DNA of 61,323 nt, filler included. It is 7 parts of 7 records of this genome, joined end to end, with 100 filler letters (N's around TTAATTAATTAA, not from the genome) between each part and the next. Parts side by side here need not be neighbours in the genome. Positions count along the whole stretch, not along the records: positions 24,954 to 33,587 come from SRR20825006_1480; positions 33,688 to 39,500 come from SRR20825006_1485; positions 39,601 to 46,930 come from SRR20825006_1489; 4 more parts are not named here. One strand, 5' to 3'. Shown piece by piece: positions 33,105 through 43,261 of this stretch. Position numbers and translations under genes: made by a program. Every line of letters starts with the position of its first letter. The first letter of the stretch is position 1. The notes under the pieces are model-generated. The model searched no databases and was not told the DNA's origin. It worked only from the letters and a program-made list of their open reading frames with translations.

Positions 33105-33587
33105 CTAATGCGTCGCTTGCAGCAGCGTCTGGGTGTATTCCGTTTGCGGATTGTCGAACATCTCGGCCGCGGTGCCGTGTTCCACCACATCGCCCTGTTT
33201 CATCACCATCACCTGATGTGACATCGCCCGCACGACCTTCAGGTCGTGGCTGATGAACAGATAGGCCAGCCCGTATTTTTTCTGCAGATTGCGCAGCAGC
33301 TCGACGATCTGCACCTGCACTGTCATATCCAGCGCGCTTGTGGGTTCGTCCAGCACAACCAGCTTGGGGCGCAGCACCATGGCACGGGCGATGGCGATAC
33401 GCTGGCGTTGACCGCCCGAGAACTCGTGTGGATAGCGGTCCATCGTGGCAGGGTTCAGCCCCACCTCGACCATGACCTCGCTGACCAGCTCGCGGCGGTC
33501 GCGGTGGGCGTCAACCTTGTGGACTGTCAGACCCTCGGCGATGATCTGGGCACAGGTCATGCGCGGGCTGAGCGATCCGAACGGGTC
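33105..33587 (-). CDS. Oligopeptide-type ABC transporter ATPase (YejF-like), C-terminal fragment
   Basis: RYPHEFSGGQRQRIAIARA, VLDEPTSALD, FISHDL, PQTEYTQTLL. Confidence 0.9.
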   Translation of the reverse strand, partial: DPFGSLSPRMTCAQIIAEGLTVHKVDAHRDRRELVSEVMVEVGLNPATMDRYPHEFSGGQRQRIAIARAMVLRPKLVVLDEPTSALDMTVQVQIVELLRNLQKKYGLAYLFISHDLKVVRAMSHQVMVMKQGDVVEHGTAAEMFDNPQTEYTQTLLQATH

Positions 33588-33687
33588 NNNNNNNNNNNNN
33601 NNNNNNNNNNNNNNNNNNNNNNNNNNNNNNNTTAATTAATTAANNNNNNNNNNNNNNNNNNNNNNNNNNNNNNNNNNNNNNNNNNNN

Positions 33688-34205
33688 AAGCAGGCAAAGG
33701 CTTTGCCGTTGTCGCAGCCGAGGTCAAAAATCTTGCCGGTCAAACCGAACAGGCAACCAAACAGATCACAGAGCATGTCAATGCGATGGGTGCTGTGACA
33801 GATCGCTGTGTCGCATCAATGGAAGAAGTCGGTGTGACCGTGCGGTCGATGATGACGATATCTGATGAAGTTGCCGGTGATGTCGAACATCAACGCCGCG
33901 AGACCGAAGAAATCACCGGGGCCATTTCCCTTGCCGGTGATGCGGTGCGCAATGTCGGTACGGCAATTGGTGAAGTTTCCGACGATATTGAAGTCACCCG
34001 CAAACTAAGCCTTGATCTGAACCGCCGCGCAGATGAAGTCGAACGCAATGTGACGGAACTGACCGCCTCGCTTGATCGTGCAGTGGCCTCGACCGGTGAC
34101 GATGATCCGGTATCCGGGGATGATCATGATGCGTCCGAAATCGATGATTGGCGGGATCAGAATCTTGTCGCGTTTCCCCATGGCAATATGCGCGGTGCTG
34201 CCTGA
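33688..34205 (+). CDS. Methyl-accepting chemotaxis protein, C-terminal fragment
   Basis: In-frame [19 protein letters not shown] signalling-tip motif from 33690. Confidence 0.9.
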
Positions 34206-34550
34206 TATCGGGTTTAAGGATCACCTGTATCTGACATAAATCTTGTCACAGTTTAAACGGAACGGGCCTGCATGCCGTACAGAGTATGCAGGCCCGTTGC
34301 ATTTGAAATATTGTATCGGCAAGAAACCTAGAGTTTAGCGAGAGTTGCGATACAATCTGCGACGTTTCTGATACACTTTTTGTGTGGTTCTGGCGGGCAG
34401 GTTGCAATATCTTTCCCGGCATAGGTATTTCGGAAAAGAATAAACACCCCTTTGGGGTAATAAATTGAAATACAGAAGTTTTCCCGGACGGGAATGGGGC
34501 TCTCACGGGGACGATCATTTGATCTGGCCCGACTTGGAAGTATCAATGTG

Positions 34551-35696
34551 ATGGCGCGTAAATCAACGCTTCTGATCGCAGGTGTCGTGCTGGTTGCAGT
34601 GGCGGCATCTGCCTATATCTTTGCCAGGGACGACATCATTGCTCTTGTGTCGCCGGCTGGACAATCACAGCAGGGCGAACAACGCGGCGGTGCCAATGGT
34701 GGCGACCGTAGCCTGCCGGTGATTGCCGAATATGCCAGTCTGATGGATGAAACAACCGTGGTCGAATCTGTCGGGACCGGCAAATCAGCACTCGGGGTAT
34801 CAATCTATCCGGCGGTATCTGGTGAAGTATCGGATGTTTTGGTTCGCGCCGGGGACAAGGTGACCAAGGGGCAGGTTCTTGTTATCCTGAATTCCGAACG
34901 CGAACGCCTTGCCCGTGACCTGGCCGCGGTTCAGGCCAAAGATGCCGAGCAACTTTTGGGACGCTATGAACAGGCCCGCCCATTGGGGGCCGTTGCAGAA
35001 AGTGAAGTCGATAGCGCCCGTACAGCATTGGCTGAAGCAAAAATTCAGCTTGATCAGGCCGAAGTAAATTTGGCCGACCGCACCATTTTGGCCCCGTTTG
35101 ACGGTATCATCGGTATTCCCCAGATCGAAGCAGGCGACCGGGTTGATAGTTCAACCATCTTGGTGACACTTGATAACATCGATAGCATTTTGGTTGATTT
35201 CGAAGTCGCCGAAACCCGGTTTGGTAATGTAAAATCGGGTCAATCGGTTCGGGTCGAAACATGGAGCCTACCGGGCGAGCTGTTTACCGGTGTTGTCGAA
35301 TCAATTAGCAGCCGTATCGACCCTGAAAGCCGGACATTTAACGTGCGTGCGCGCGTGCCAAATCCCAACGCGCGATTGCTGGCCGGGATGTCCTTTGCGG
35401 TTTATGTCGATATTGAGGGTAAGCAATACCCATCCGTTCCCGAAATTTCGGTCCTATGGGGCGATGACGGTACTTATGTTTGGCGGATTAAGGATGAAAC
35501 AGTTTCTCGTGTTCCTGTCCGTGTTGTGAAACGTACCAACGGTCGCATCCTGCTTGATGGAGGGGTTTCCAAGGGTGACTTGATTGTTGTTGAGGGTGTT
35601 TTACGTCTTCGGCCCGGGCGGACCGTTGCGGCAACCATTCGCGGTAATGATGACACCGGTGTTGCTGCCCGCGAGGGTGATGGTGAAGGATCCTGA
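34551..35696 (+). CDS. RND efflux periplasmic adaptor (membrane fusion protein)
   Basis: N-terminal TM, VSGEVSDVLVRAGDKVTKGQVL lipoyl motif, ILAPFDGIIG, IDPESRTF. Confidence 0.93.
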   Translation: MARKSTLLIAGVVLVAVAASAYIFARDDIIALVSPAGQSQQGEQRGGANGGDRSLPVIAEYASLMDETTVVESVGTGKSALGVSIYPAVSGEVSDVLVRAGDKVTKGQVLVILNSERERLARDLAAVQAKDAEQLLGRYEQARPLGAVAESEVDSARTALAEAKIQLDQAEVNLADRTILAPFDGIIGIPQIEAGDRVDSSTILVTLDNIDSILVDFEVAETRFGNVKSGQSVRVETWSLPGELFTGVVESISSRIDPESRTFNVRARVPNPNARLLAGMSFAVYVDIEGKQYPSVPEISVLWGDDGTYVWRIKDETVSRVPVRVVKRTNGRILLDGGVSKGDLIVVEGVLRLRPGRTVAATIRGNDDTGVAAREGDGEGS

Positions 35697-35698
35697 TC

Positions 35699-38600
35699 AT
35701 GACGGATATGCCCGGTAATCAGGACCACAATGACCTAGCGTCGCTCAGCATTCGGCGGCCGGTTCTTGTTTGTGTGGTTTCTCTTCTGATCATTCTTGCC
35801 GGTCTTGCGGCGATGTTGGGGGTTGAAATTCGCGAACTGCCCAATGTGGATCGTCCGACCATTACGGTCACGGCCACCTACAGCGGCGCATCGCCTGAAA
35901 CTGTTGATGCCGAAGTCACTTCTGTTCTGGAAAGTGCGGCATCACGGGTCAGTGGTATCAAGGACATCAACTCCCAAAGTGAAGAGGGCAGTTCCCGTGT
36001 CCGGCTTGAGTTTTATCCTGATATTGAAATCAATGATGCCGCAAGCGACATCCGTGAAGCGGTTAGTCGTGCGTCACGAAGTCTTCCCGACGAAGTTGAA
36101 GATGTCCGTGTGATCAAGGCCGATGCCGATGCCAGCCCGATCATGCGTATGGCCGTGGTCAGTAATCGTCTGACTGAAGAAGAATTGACCAATATCGTTG
36201 ATGATCAGATCAGCCCGGCACTTCTGTCCGTTCCCGGTGTTGCTGAAATCACGATCAATGGGGATCGCGAAAAAGTTCTACATGTGCGGATTGATCCTTT
36301 GCGCATCGCCAGTTACGGCCTGTCGGTGCAGGATGTTGCCGATGTTCTGAGCACAGCTCAGTTTGACATTCCTGCAGGCAGCTTCGAATCCTCGGATCAA
36401 AAACTGTTTGTCCGTGCCGATGCCTCTGTCTGGGAAGTTGATAAACTGAATCAGATGCTGGTGCGTGATGCCATATTGCTGGGAGATATTGCCGATATCT
36501 ACTACGGCCCGGATGATGCCACTTCTTATGTTCGCCTTGATGGAAGCACGGTGATCGGGCTTGGTGTTGTTCGTCAGGCGCAATCGAATACGATTGCTAT
36601 CTCCAATGGTGTGCGCGATGTTGTTGAACGCTTGAACAGCCAATACGACGATATTGACGTATTTGTGAATTCCGATGATGCGGTATTCATCGAAGGTGCA
36701 CTTTGGGAAGTGATCTATAGTTTGGCATTGGCCATCATCATCGTTATCGGTGTGCTTTATCTGTTCCTACGTTCTTTTAGTGCAACATTAATTCCGACCG
36801 TAACCATTCCGATAGCCCTAATCGGGACGGTGGCTGCTATCTGGGCAATGGGCTTTTCGATCAATATTCTGACACTTCTGGCCCTTGTTCTGGCAACCGG
36901 GATGATTGTTGATGATGCGATCGTGGTTTTGGAAAACATCCAGCGTCGCCGCCATCAGGGTTTGGGATCAATGGCGGCGGCTGTGCTTGGCACCCGGCAG
37001 GTGTTCTTTGCCGTTATTGCAACAACCCTGACATTGATTTCGGTGTTTGTGCCGATTTCATTCCTACCAAGTACAGCGGGACGTCTGTTCCGCGAATTTG
37101 GCTTTGTTCTGGCCTTTGCGGTTGCGGTGTCGTCCTTTGTTGCCCTGTCGCTTTGTCCCATGCTGGCGTCGCGGCTTAAACATATTGATCCGCATGACGG
37201 GGATACGGATAGCGCTCCCAATTTTCTTGAACGGATCGGGCTCTTCTTTGCTGGGATTTATCGTCATATTCTTGAATGGGTTTTGCGCAATCCGGTTGTG
37301 ACACTGATGATCTGTATCGTTGCAGGGGGGCTGGCATTCGGGGTGTATGGTTCCGTGACCAAGGAACTTCTACCGGACGAGGACCGTGGACGTCTTCTGG
37401 TGTCGTTGCGTGGGCCTGACGGGGTTGGCATTGATTACATGGACCGACAGGTCGAGGTGGTTGAAGATATCCTGCGCCCAATTGTCGAAGACGGTGAAGC
37501 CTATAACATCTATACGATTGTTGGATTCCGCGACAATAACCGTGCGCTGGTAATTGTTCCTTTGGTACCATGGGAAGAACGGACGCGTAGTCAGCAAGAA
37601 ATTACCGCAGGTGTGCGCGGGAAACTTAATGCACTTCCCGGTGTTCAGGCCGTTGTCTGGCAGCCCAACAGTTTGGGTCTACGCGGTGGAGGCGAAGGAT
37701 TGCAGTTCGCCCTGACCGGAACCAATTACCGGATATTGGCATCACATGCGCGTGCAGTGCAGCAAGAGCTGGAAGCCAATTACCCGAACCTGACGGGCTT
37801 GCGGGTATCCTATCAAACCACCCAGCCACAGCTTTTGGTTAATATTGATCGAAAACGTGCCTTTGATCTGGGCATTCCGATTGACGAGCTTGATACCACG
37901 CTGCGCACGATGATCGAAGGATATGAAGTTACCAACATTAATGTGGATGATCAGAATATCCCGATCAAACTGCGCAGTGCCGTGGGTAGCATCAATGATC
38001 CTTCCGACCTTGAAAATCTGTTTGTGACCGGGGCGAATGGGCGCGCCTTGCCGCTATCTTCGGTGATTACGCTAAGCGAAGAGGCGGTGGCATCCGAGCT
38101 CGGACGCGAAGGTCAGCAACGTGCTGTAACTGTCTCGGCTAATCTTGCGCCGGGCTACACGATTGATCAGGCGGTTGCGGATGTAACGACAGTTGCCAAC
38201 GATGTTCTGCCGACCGGGACCAGCATTTTGTTCCTTGGGGATGCTGCGGCTCTTGGTGAAGCATCTAATGATGTGCAGATTACGTTCCTGATTGCTGTTC
38301 TTGTCGTGTTGCTGGTGCTGGCAGCCCAGTTCGAAAGCTTCATGTCCGCCCTTGTGGTGGTTCTGACGGTACCGTTTGGTCTGGCGGCTGCGATCTATGC
38401 ACTTAGTCTCAGTGGTACATCGATCAATATCTATAGCCAGATCGGGCTTGTGATGTTGGTGGGGCTAATGGCCAAGAACGGTATTCTGGTTGTCGAATTT
38501 GCCGATCAACTGCGTGATGCTGGAAAATCCGTCCGCGAAGCGGTTCACGATGCGGCAATGGTGCGTTTACGGCCAATCATGATGACGATGATTTCAACCG

Positions 38601-38887
38601 TCTTGGGTGGCTTGCCATTGGTGTTGGGATCGGGTGCCGGGGCAGAAGCCCGTGCGGCGATCGGTTGGGTCGTGTTTGGCGGGCTTGGCTTTGCCACGGT
38701 CTTTACCTTGTTCCTGACCCCGGTGCTTTATTTGTTGTTGGCACCATTGGTGTCGGCCCGTGCGGATGGCGGTTTGAAATTGCAAACCCAGCTGCGTGCC
38801 GCAGAAGACATTCCAGATACCGGTGAAATTCCAGAAGACGTGACGCATGGTGCAGCACCCAGCGGAATTGAAGGAAGTGCGAAATAA
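35699..38887 (+). CDS. RND efflux permease (AcrB/MexW-like)
   Basis: SIRRPV, GMIVDDAIVVLENI, LAAQFES, MAKNGIL, RLRPIMMT. Confidence 0.96.
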   Translation: MTDMPGNQDHNDLASLSIRRPVLVCVVSLLIILAGLAAMLGVEIRELPNVDRPTITVTATYSGASPETVDAEVTSVLESAASRVSGIKDINSQSEEGSSRVRLEFYPDIEINDAASDIREAVSRASRSLPDEVEDVRVIKADADASPIMRMAVVSNRLTEEELTNIVDDQISPALLSVPGVAEITINGDREKVLHVRIDPLRIASYGLSVQDVADVLSTAQFDIPAGSFESSDQKLFVRADASVWEVDKLNQMLVRDAILLGDIADIYYGPDDATSYVRLDGSTVIGLGVVRQAQSNTIAISNGVRDVVERLNSQYDDIDVFVNSDDAVFIEGALWEVIYSLALAIIIVIGVLYLFLRSFSATLIPTVTIPIALIGTVAAIWAMGFSINILTLLALVLATGMIVDDAIVVLENIQRRRHQGLGSMAAAVLGTRQVFFAVIATTLTLISVFVPISFLPSTAGRLFREFGFVLAFAVAVSSFVALSLCPMLASRLKHIDPHDGDTDSAPNFLERIGLFFAGIYRHILEWVLRNPVVTLMICIVAGGLAFGVYGSVTKELLPDEDRGRLLVSLRGPDGVGIDYMDRQVEVVEDILRPIVEDGEAYNIYTIVGFRDNNRALVIVPLVPWEERTRSQQEITAGVRGKLNALPGVQAVVWQPNSLGLRGGGEGLQFALTGTNYRILASHARAVQQELEANYPNLTGLRVSYQTTQPQLLVNIDRKRAFDLGIPIDELDTTLRTMIEGYEVTNINVDDQNIPIKLRSAVGSINDPSDLENLFVTGANGRALPLSSVITLSEEAVASELGREGQQRAVTVSANLAPGYTIDQAVADVTTVANDVLPTGTSILFLGDAAALGEASNDVQITFLIAVLVVLLVLAAQFESFMSALVVVLTVPFGLAAAIYALSLSGTSINIYSQIGLVMLVGLMAKNGILVVEFADQLRDAGKSVREAVHDAAMVRLRPIMMTMISTVLGGLPLVLGSGAGAEARAAIGWVVFGGLGFATVFTLFLTPVLYLLLAPLVSARADGGLKLQTQLRAAEDIPDTGEIPEDVTHGAAPSGIEGSAK

Positions 38888-38888
38888 C

Positions 38889-39500
38889 ATGAAGAACAAT
38901 CGTCTTTTCGCAGTTTCGGGCATTGCAATGCTGGTCGGGTTGGCGGGGTGTCAATCGGTTGGTCCGGATTATACCGCACCGAATTTTGATCTGGTCGGGG
39001 CCTATTCCCCGGAAATTCCGGTGATTGCCGCACGTCAGGCAGAACAGGGGCGTTGGTGGGAAAGCACGACAGATCCTGTTTTGCAAAGTCTGATCGACGA
39101 AGGTGTTGCCAACAATATCGACCTTAAGATCGCCATCAGCCGTATTCGCGCCGCCGCCGCAACCGCGCGCGGCGTGGCCGGGGCCAATGGTCCGACAATT
39201 GATGCCAGCGTTGACGGATCTGCTGATCGCACGACATCAAGCCGTGCCAGTGGCAACCGTGTTGATGACATTGGATTTGGCGCGGGAATTGATCTGTCAT
39301 GGACGGCGGATATCTGGGGCGGTCAGGCACGCGAAGAAGAAGTCGCCGAAGCAGATTATTTGCAACAGGTTTATCTGCGCGAAGATGTCTATCGCACCAT
39401 GATTGCCGATATCATCACCAACTATATTGAACTGCGTGGCGCGCAAAAACGTCTTGGGCTTTTGCAAGACTCGCTTGATCTGCAACGTCAGACCAGCAAC
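38889..39500 (+). CDS. Efflux outer-membrane lipoprotein (NodT/OprM family), 3' truncated
   Basis: Lipobox LAGC, VGPDY, WWESTTDPVLQSLI, NIDLKIA, SWTADIWG. Confidence 0.92.
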
Positions 39501-39600
39501 NNNNNNNNNNNNNNNNNNNNNNNNNNNNNNNNNNNNNNNNNNNNTTAATTAATTAANNNNNNNNNNNNNNNNNNNNNNNNNNNNNNNNNNNNNNNNNNNN

Positions 39601-39991
39601 CCCCAAGGGCATCGACATCTATTTCGAGAATGTCGGCGGCAAGGTGCTGGAGGCGGTCATGCCGATGATGAACCCGCACGGGCGCATCCCGATCTGTGGC
39701 ATGATCGCCTGGTACAACGCGGGCGGTTTGGGGGACGGGGCGAACGCGCCGCTGACCGCGCCAAAGCTGTGGCGGACGATCCTGGTGAATTTCCTGTCTG
39801 TTCAGGGCTTTATCATTTCGAACCACTGGAACCAGTTCCCCGCCTTCCTGTCCGAGATCGGCCCCAAGGTCGCCAGCGGCGAGATCAAGGTGGTCGAGGA
39901 TGTGGCCGAAGGGTTGGAGAATGCACCGCAGGCGTTCATCGGCCTGTTGCAAGGCAAGAACATGGGCAAGCAGATCGTCAAGGTGATCTGA
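39601..39991 (+). CDS. NADP-dependent oxidoreductase (CurA/PTGR-like MDR), C-terminal fragment
   Basis: PKGIDIYFENVGG, RIPICGMIAWYN, GLENAPQAFIGLLQGKNMGK. Confidence 0.92.
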
Positions 39992-39998
39992 CGCCTGT

Positions 39999-40024
39999 GC
40001 AGGGGCGGTGCACGCCGCCCCTGC
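39999..40024. terminator. Hairpin between convergent genes (REP-like or terminator)
   Basis: GCAGGGGCGG-tgcacg-CCGCCCCTGC; no U-tract. Confidence 0.55.
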
Positions 40025-40025
40025 C

Positions 40026-40931
40026 CTAAGCCTGCTGCAATTTACGCGCCTCGATACGTGCCAGCGAAATCAGCCGCTCCATATAGGGTTTGCCGCGCTC
40101 GTCACTGCGCACGGCGGCATACAGCCTGCGCGTCAGCCCCTTGGCGGTCAGCGGGCGGGTCACATAATCGGATGAGTATTTGACCTCGCGCACCACCCAG
40201 TCGGGCAGCACCGACACGCCGCGGTTAGAGGCCACCAGCAGCAGAATCACCGCCGTCAGCTCCGCCTGACGCACCGCGGCAGGTTCAACCTTGGCCGGGT
40301 TCAACAACTGGCTGAACACATCCAGACGGCTGCGTTCCACCGGATAGGTGATGAGCGTCTGGTCGCGGAAATCCTCGGCTTCGATATAGGGTTTTGCGGC
40401 CAGCGGATTGTCCTTTGAGGCCACGAAAACCGGGGCGTAATCGAAAAGCTCGATGAATTCGACGCCTGCAAGTTCTTCTGGGTCCGAGGAGACAACCAGA
40501 TCGACCTCTTCTTTCAACAAAGCAGGCAGCGCCTCGAAGGCCAGACCGGGGCGGATGTCCACGTCGACATCGGGCCAGTCCTTGCGGAATCGTTCCAGCA
40601 CCGGAAACAGCCACTCAAAGCAGGCGTGACATTCGATGGCGATGTGCATACGCCCCGAACGCCCGTCGCGCAGGCCGCTGAATTCATCCTGCATCGCCTG
40701 CACCTGCGGCAAAATCTGTTCGGCCAGTCGCAAAAGCCGCAATCCCGCCGCCGACAGCTTCATCGGTTTCGAGCGGCGCACGAACAGTTCAACGCCTGCC
40801 TGATCTTCCAACCCCTTGATCTGATGGGACAAGGCCGATTGCGTGATGTGCAGCTGTTCGGCGGCCTTGGCCAGCCCTCCGGCCTCGTGGATGGCCTTGA
40901 TCGTGCGCAGGTGGCGGAATTCAATATGCAT
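40026..40931 (-). CDS. metR: LysR-family methionine regulator
   Basis: MHIEFRHLRT, TQSALSHQIK, IAIECHACFEWL; divergent from metF. Confidence 0.95.
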   Translation of the reverse strand: MHIEFRHLRTIKAIHEAGGLAKAAEQLHITQSALSHQIKGLEDQAGVELFVRRSKPMKLSAAGLRLLRLAEQILPQVQAMQDEFSGLRDGRSGRMHIAIECHACFEWLFPVLERFRKDWPDVDVDIRPGLAFEALPALLKEEVDLVVSSDPEELAGVEFIELFDYAPVFVASKDNPLAAKPYIEAEDFRDQTLITYPVERSRLDVFSQLLNPAKVEPAAVRQAELTAVILLLVASNRGVSVLPDWVVREVKYSSDYVTRPLTAKGLTRRLYAAVRSDERGKPYMERLISLARIEARKLQQA

Positions 40932-40959
40932 ACGGAACTCATGTTCATGATGAGAGTTA

Positions 40960-40972
40960 TGAATTTGTCTCA
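40960..40972. promoter_or_regulatory. Candidate MetR-binding box
   Basis: TGAATTTGTCTCA resembles TGAA-N5-TTCA (T-N11-A) in the metR-metF intergenic region. Confidence 0.55.
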
Positions 40973-41027
40973 CATCACAAAGCATGCGACAAGGCCTCAA
41001 CACCGCACGCCTGTAAGGAATTTCAAT

Positions 41028-41885
41028 ATGACCGCCCTTTCATTCGAAGTCTTCCCGCCCAAGTCCATCGACGCAGGGTTTCGCCTGTGGGACACGGTGC
41101 AGGCGCTGACGCCGCTTGAGCCGCGTTTCTTCTCGGTCACTTACGGTGCCGGTGGCAGCACGCAAGACCTGACCCACGAGGCAGCGCAGACCCTGCGCCG
41201 GTCCTCGGGCCTGCCGGTGGCGGCACATCTGACCTGCGTGGGTGCGACCCGCGAAAAGGTTCTGAAAACCGCCGCCAAATTTGCCGATGCCGGGATCACC
41301 GACATCGTGGCCCTGCGCGGTGATCCGGTGGATGGCACCGATTTCCAGCAGGTGGAGGGTGGCTTTGCCAACAGCATCGAACTGGTCGAGGCGCTGGCCG
41401 ACACAGGCCGGTTCACCATCCGCGTGGGCGCCTATCCCGAAAGCCACGCCGACGCCGCAGACAGCGCACAGAACATCGCTTGGCTGAAAGCCAAGATCGA
41501 TGCAGGTGCGTCCGAGGCGATCACGCAGTTTTTCTTTGAAGCGGAAACCTTCCTGCGCTTCCGCGACGCCTGCGTCAAAGCGGGCATCACCGCCCCCATC
41601 GTGCCGGGCATCCTGCCGGTGGGCAACTGGACCAGCATCCAGAAATTCGCCAGCCAATGCGGGGCCGATGTGCCGGTGACCCTGGCCCAAGGGTTCGAAA
41701 ATGCCGCCCGCGACGGCAACAGCGACCTCTTCGCCCTGGCCCACTGCACCGAGATGTGTGACGAGCTGCGCGGCGAAGGCGTGGATGCGCTGCATTTCTA
41801 CACGCTGAACCGCCCCGACCTGACCCGCGAAGCCTGCCGTGCGCTGGGTCTGATCCCTGCCGCTGCGATGCGCAACGTCGCGTAA
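41028..41885 (+). CDS. metF: 5,10-methylenetetrahydrofolate reductase
   Basis: SFEVFPPK, SVTYGAGG, AHLTCV, ALRGD, AYPE, ITQFFF, HFYTLN; AAGGA RBS before ATG 41028. Confidence 0.97.
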   Translation: MTALSFEVFPPKSIDAGFRLWDTVQALTPLEPRFFSVTYGAGGSTQDLTHEAAQTLRRSSGLPVAAHLTCVGATREKVLKTAAKFADAGITDIVALRGDPVDGTDFQQVEGGFANSIELVEALADTGRFTIRVGAYPESHADAADSAQNIAWLKAKIDAGASEAITQFFFEAETFLRFRDACVKAGITAPIVPGILPVGNWTSIQKFASQCGADVPVTLAQGFENAARDGNSDLFALAHCTEMCDELRGEGVDALHFYTLNRPDLTREACRALGLIPAAAMRNVA

Positions 41886-41942
41886 GGCTTGGCAAAGCGG
41901 GCGGGCGTTTCTAGCTTCGGGCAGCCAACCGGAGAAACGCCC

Positions 41943-42425
41943 ATGCCCCGCATCGCCAAACGTCCCGAAGACCTTTTGAGCCTCGATGAGTTGAAAAAAC
42001 TCTCGGGGCTTGAATTCATTCAGGGGATGATGGACGGCACCCTGCCCGGCCCGCCCATCGGCGAGACCCTGAACTATAGCCTGCACGCAGTCGAAAAAGG
42101 CCGGGTCGTGTTTCGCGGATCGCCCCAGTTCGCGGCCACCAACCCCTTGGGCACGGTGCACGGCGGCTGGTATGGCACATTGCTGGACAGCGCGATGGCC
42201 TGCGCGGTACAGACCTGCATTCCGCGTGGCTCGATCTATACGACGTTGGAATACAAGATCAACATCACCCGCGCGATCCCGCTGGGCATGGTGATCGACT
42301 GCATCGGCGCGGTGGATCACGTTGGGCGTTCCACCGGCGTGTCCAAGGCCGAGATTCGCGGTGTCGAGGATGGCAAGCTCTATGCCACCGGATCAACGAC
42401 CTGCATCATCATGAGTGCGGGTTAA
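41943..42425 (+). CDS. PaaI-family hotdog thioesterase
   Basis: NPLGTVHGGWYGTLLDSAMACA, TLEYKIN, GKLYATGSTTC. Confidence 0.92.
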   Translation: MPRIAKRPEDLLSLDELKKLSGLEFIQGMMDGTLPGPPIGETLNYSLHAVEKGRVVFRGSPQFAATNPLGTVHGGWYGTLLDSAMACAVQTCIPRGSIYTTLEYKINITRAIPLGMVIDCIGAVDHVGRSTGVSKAEIRGVEDGKLYATGSTTCIIMSAG

Positions 42426-42535
42426 GCCAGAGCTCACCACGGTGGTCCTCGCGCCCCGGGCCTGATGGCTGGCGCGGACGCCACGCATCTTTTTCCCTGC
42501 TTGCCCGCCCTTCGGGTATTTGCGAGAGAGTCGGC

Positions 42536-43219
42536 ATGGATCACACCCGCACCCTTGCAGACCAGACGCCCAGCCGCGCCGAACTGGAGAACATCTTTTC
42601 GCAAGGCCACCGCGCGTCCCTTGAAAACTGCGATCTGAGCGGGCTGAACCTGTCCGATCTTGACCTATCGGGATCGCAGTTCACGGGCTGCAAACTGGCG
42701 CGCACCGCTTTCAATGGCACACGGCTTGACGAGGTGCGATTTGCCAATTGCCGCGCGGCTGGGGCCAGTTTTGTCGGGGCCAATCTGCAAGAGGCCACAA
42801 TTGAGGGCGGGGATTTCAGCAACACCAGCTTTCGCGCGGCGACGCTGAATGCAACCAGAATCCTGAACTGCAAGATGACGGGCTCGGACTTCACCGATGC
42901 GAAAACGCTGGGCTTTTCCATCGAGGGCGTTTTGCTGGTGCTTGCGGTCCTGCCGCGCATGTCCTTTCGCAAGATGACCCTGAAAGAGGTGGATTTCACC
43001 GACGCCGACCTGCGGTCCTGTGATTTCCGAGAGGCGGTTTTCGAGGAGTGTTCGCTGCGCGACGCGCATCTGCCGGAGTGCCGGTTCGAAGGGGCAGACC
43101 TGCGCGGGGCGGATTTGGGCGGGGTCCGGCTGACCGATGCGCGGCTGTTCAAGGGGGCGGTTATTTCCAAGCATCAGGCGGCTGACCTGCTGGGGCAGCT
43201 TGGGTTGACGGTTCTTTAG
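42536..43219 (+). CDS. Pentapeptide-repeat protein
   Basis: Continuous A(D/N)LXX-type repeats: CDLSG LNLSD LDLSG SQFTG ... ADLRG ADLGG. Confidence 0.92.
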   Translation: MDHTRTLADQTPSRAELENIFSQGHRASLENCDLSGLNLSDLDLSGSQFTGCKLARTAFNGTRLDEVRFANCRAAGASFVGANLQEATIEGGDFSNTSFRAATLNATRILNCKMTGSDFTDAKTLGFSIEGVLLVLAVLPRMSFRKMTLKEVDFTDADLRSCDFREAVFEECSLRDAHLPECRFEGADLRGADLGGVRLTDARLFKGAVISKHQAADLLGQLGLTVL

Positions 43220-43261
43220 GGTAAGGACCCCTTCCCTTCCCGATCAACGGCTGTCAAACTT

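Noticed and set aside
40626-41027. N-terminal extension of the metF ORF in the track
   Set aside because: Overlaps metR antisense; the real start is ATG 41028 with an RBS.
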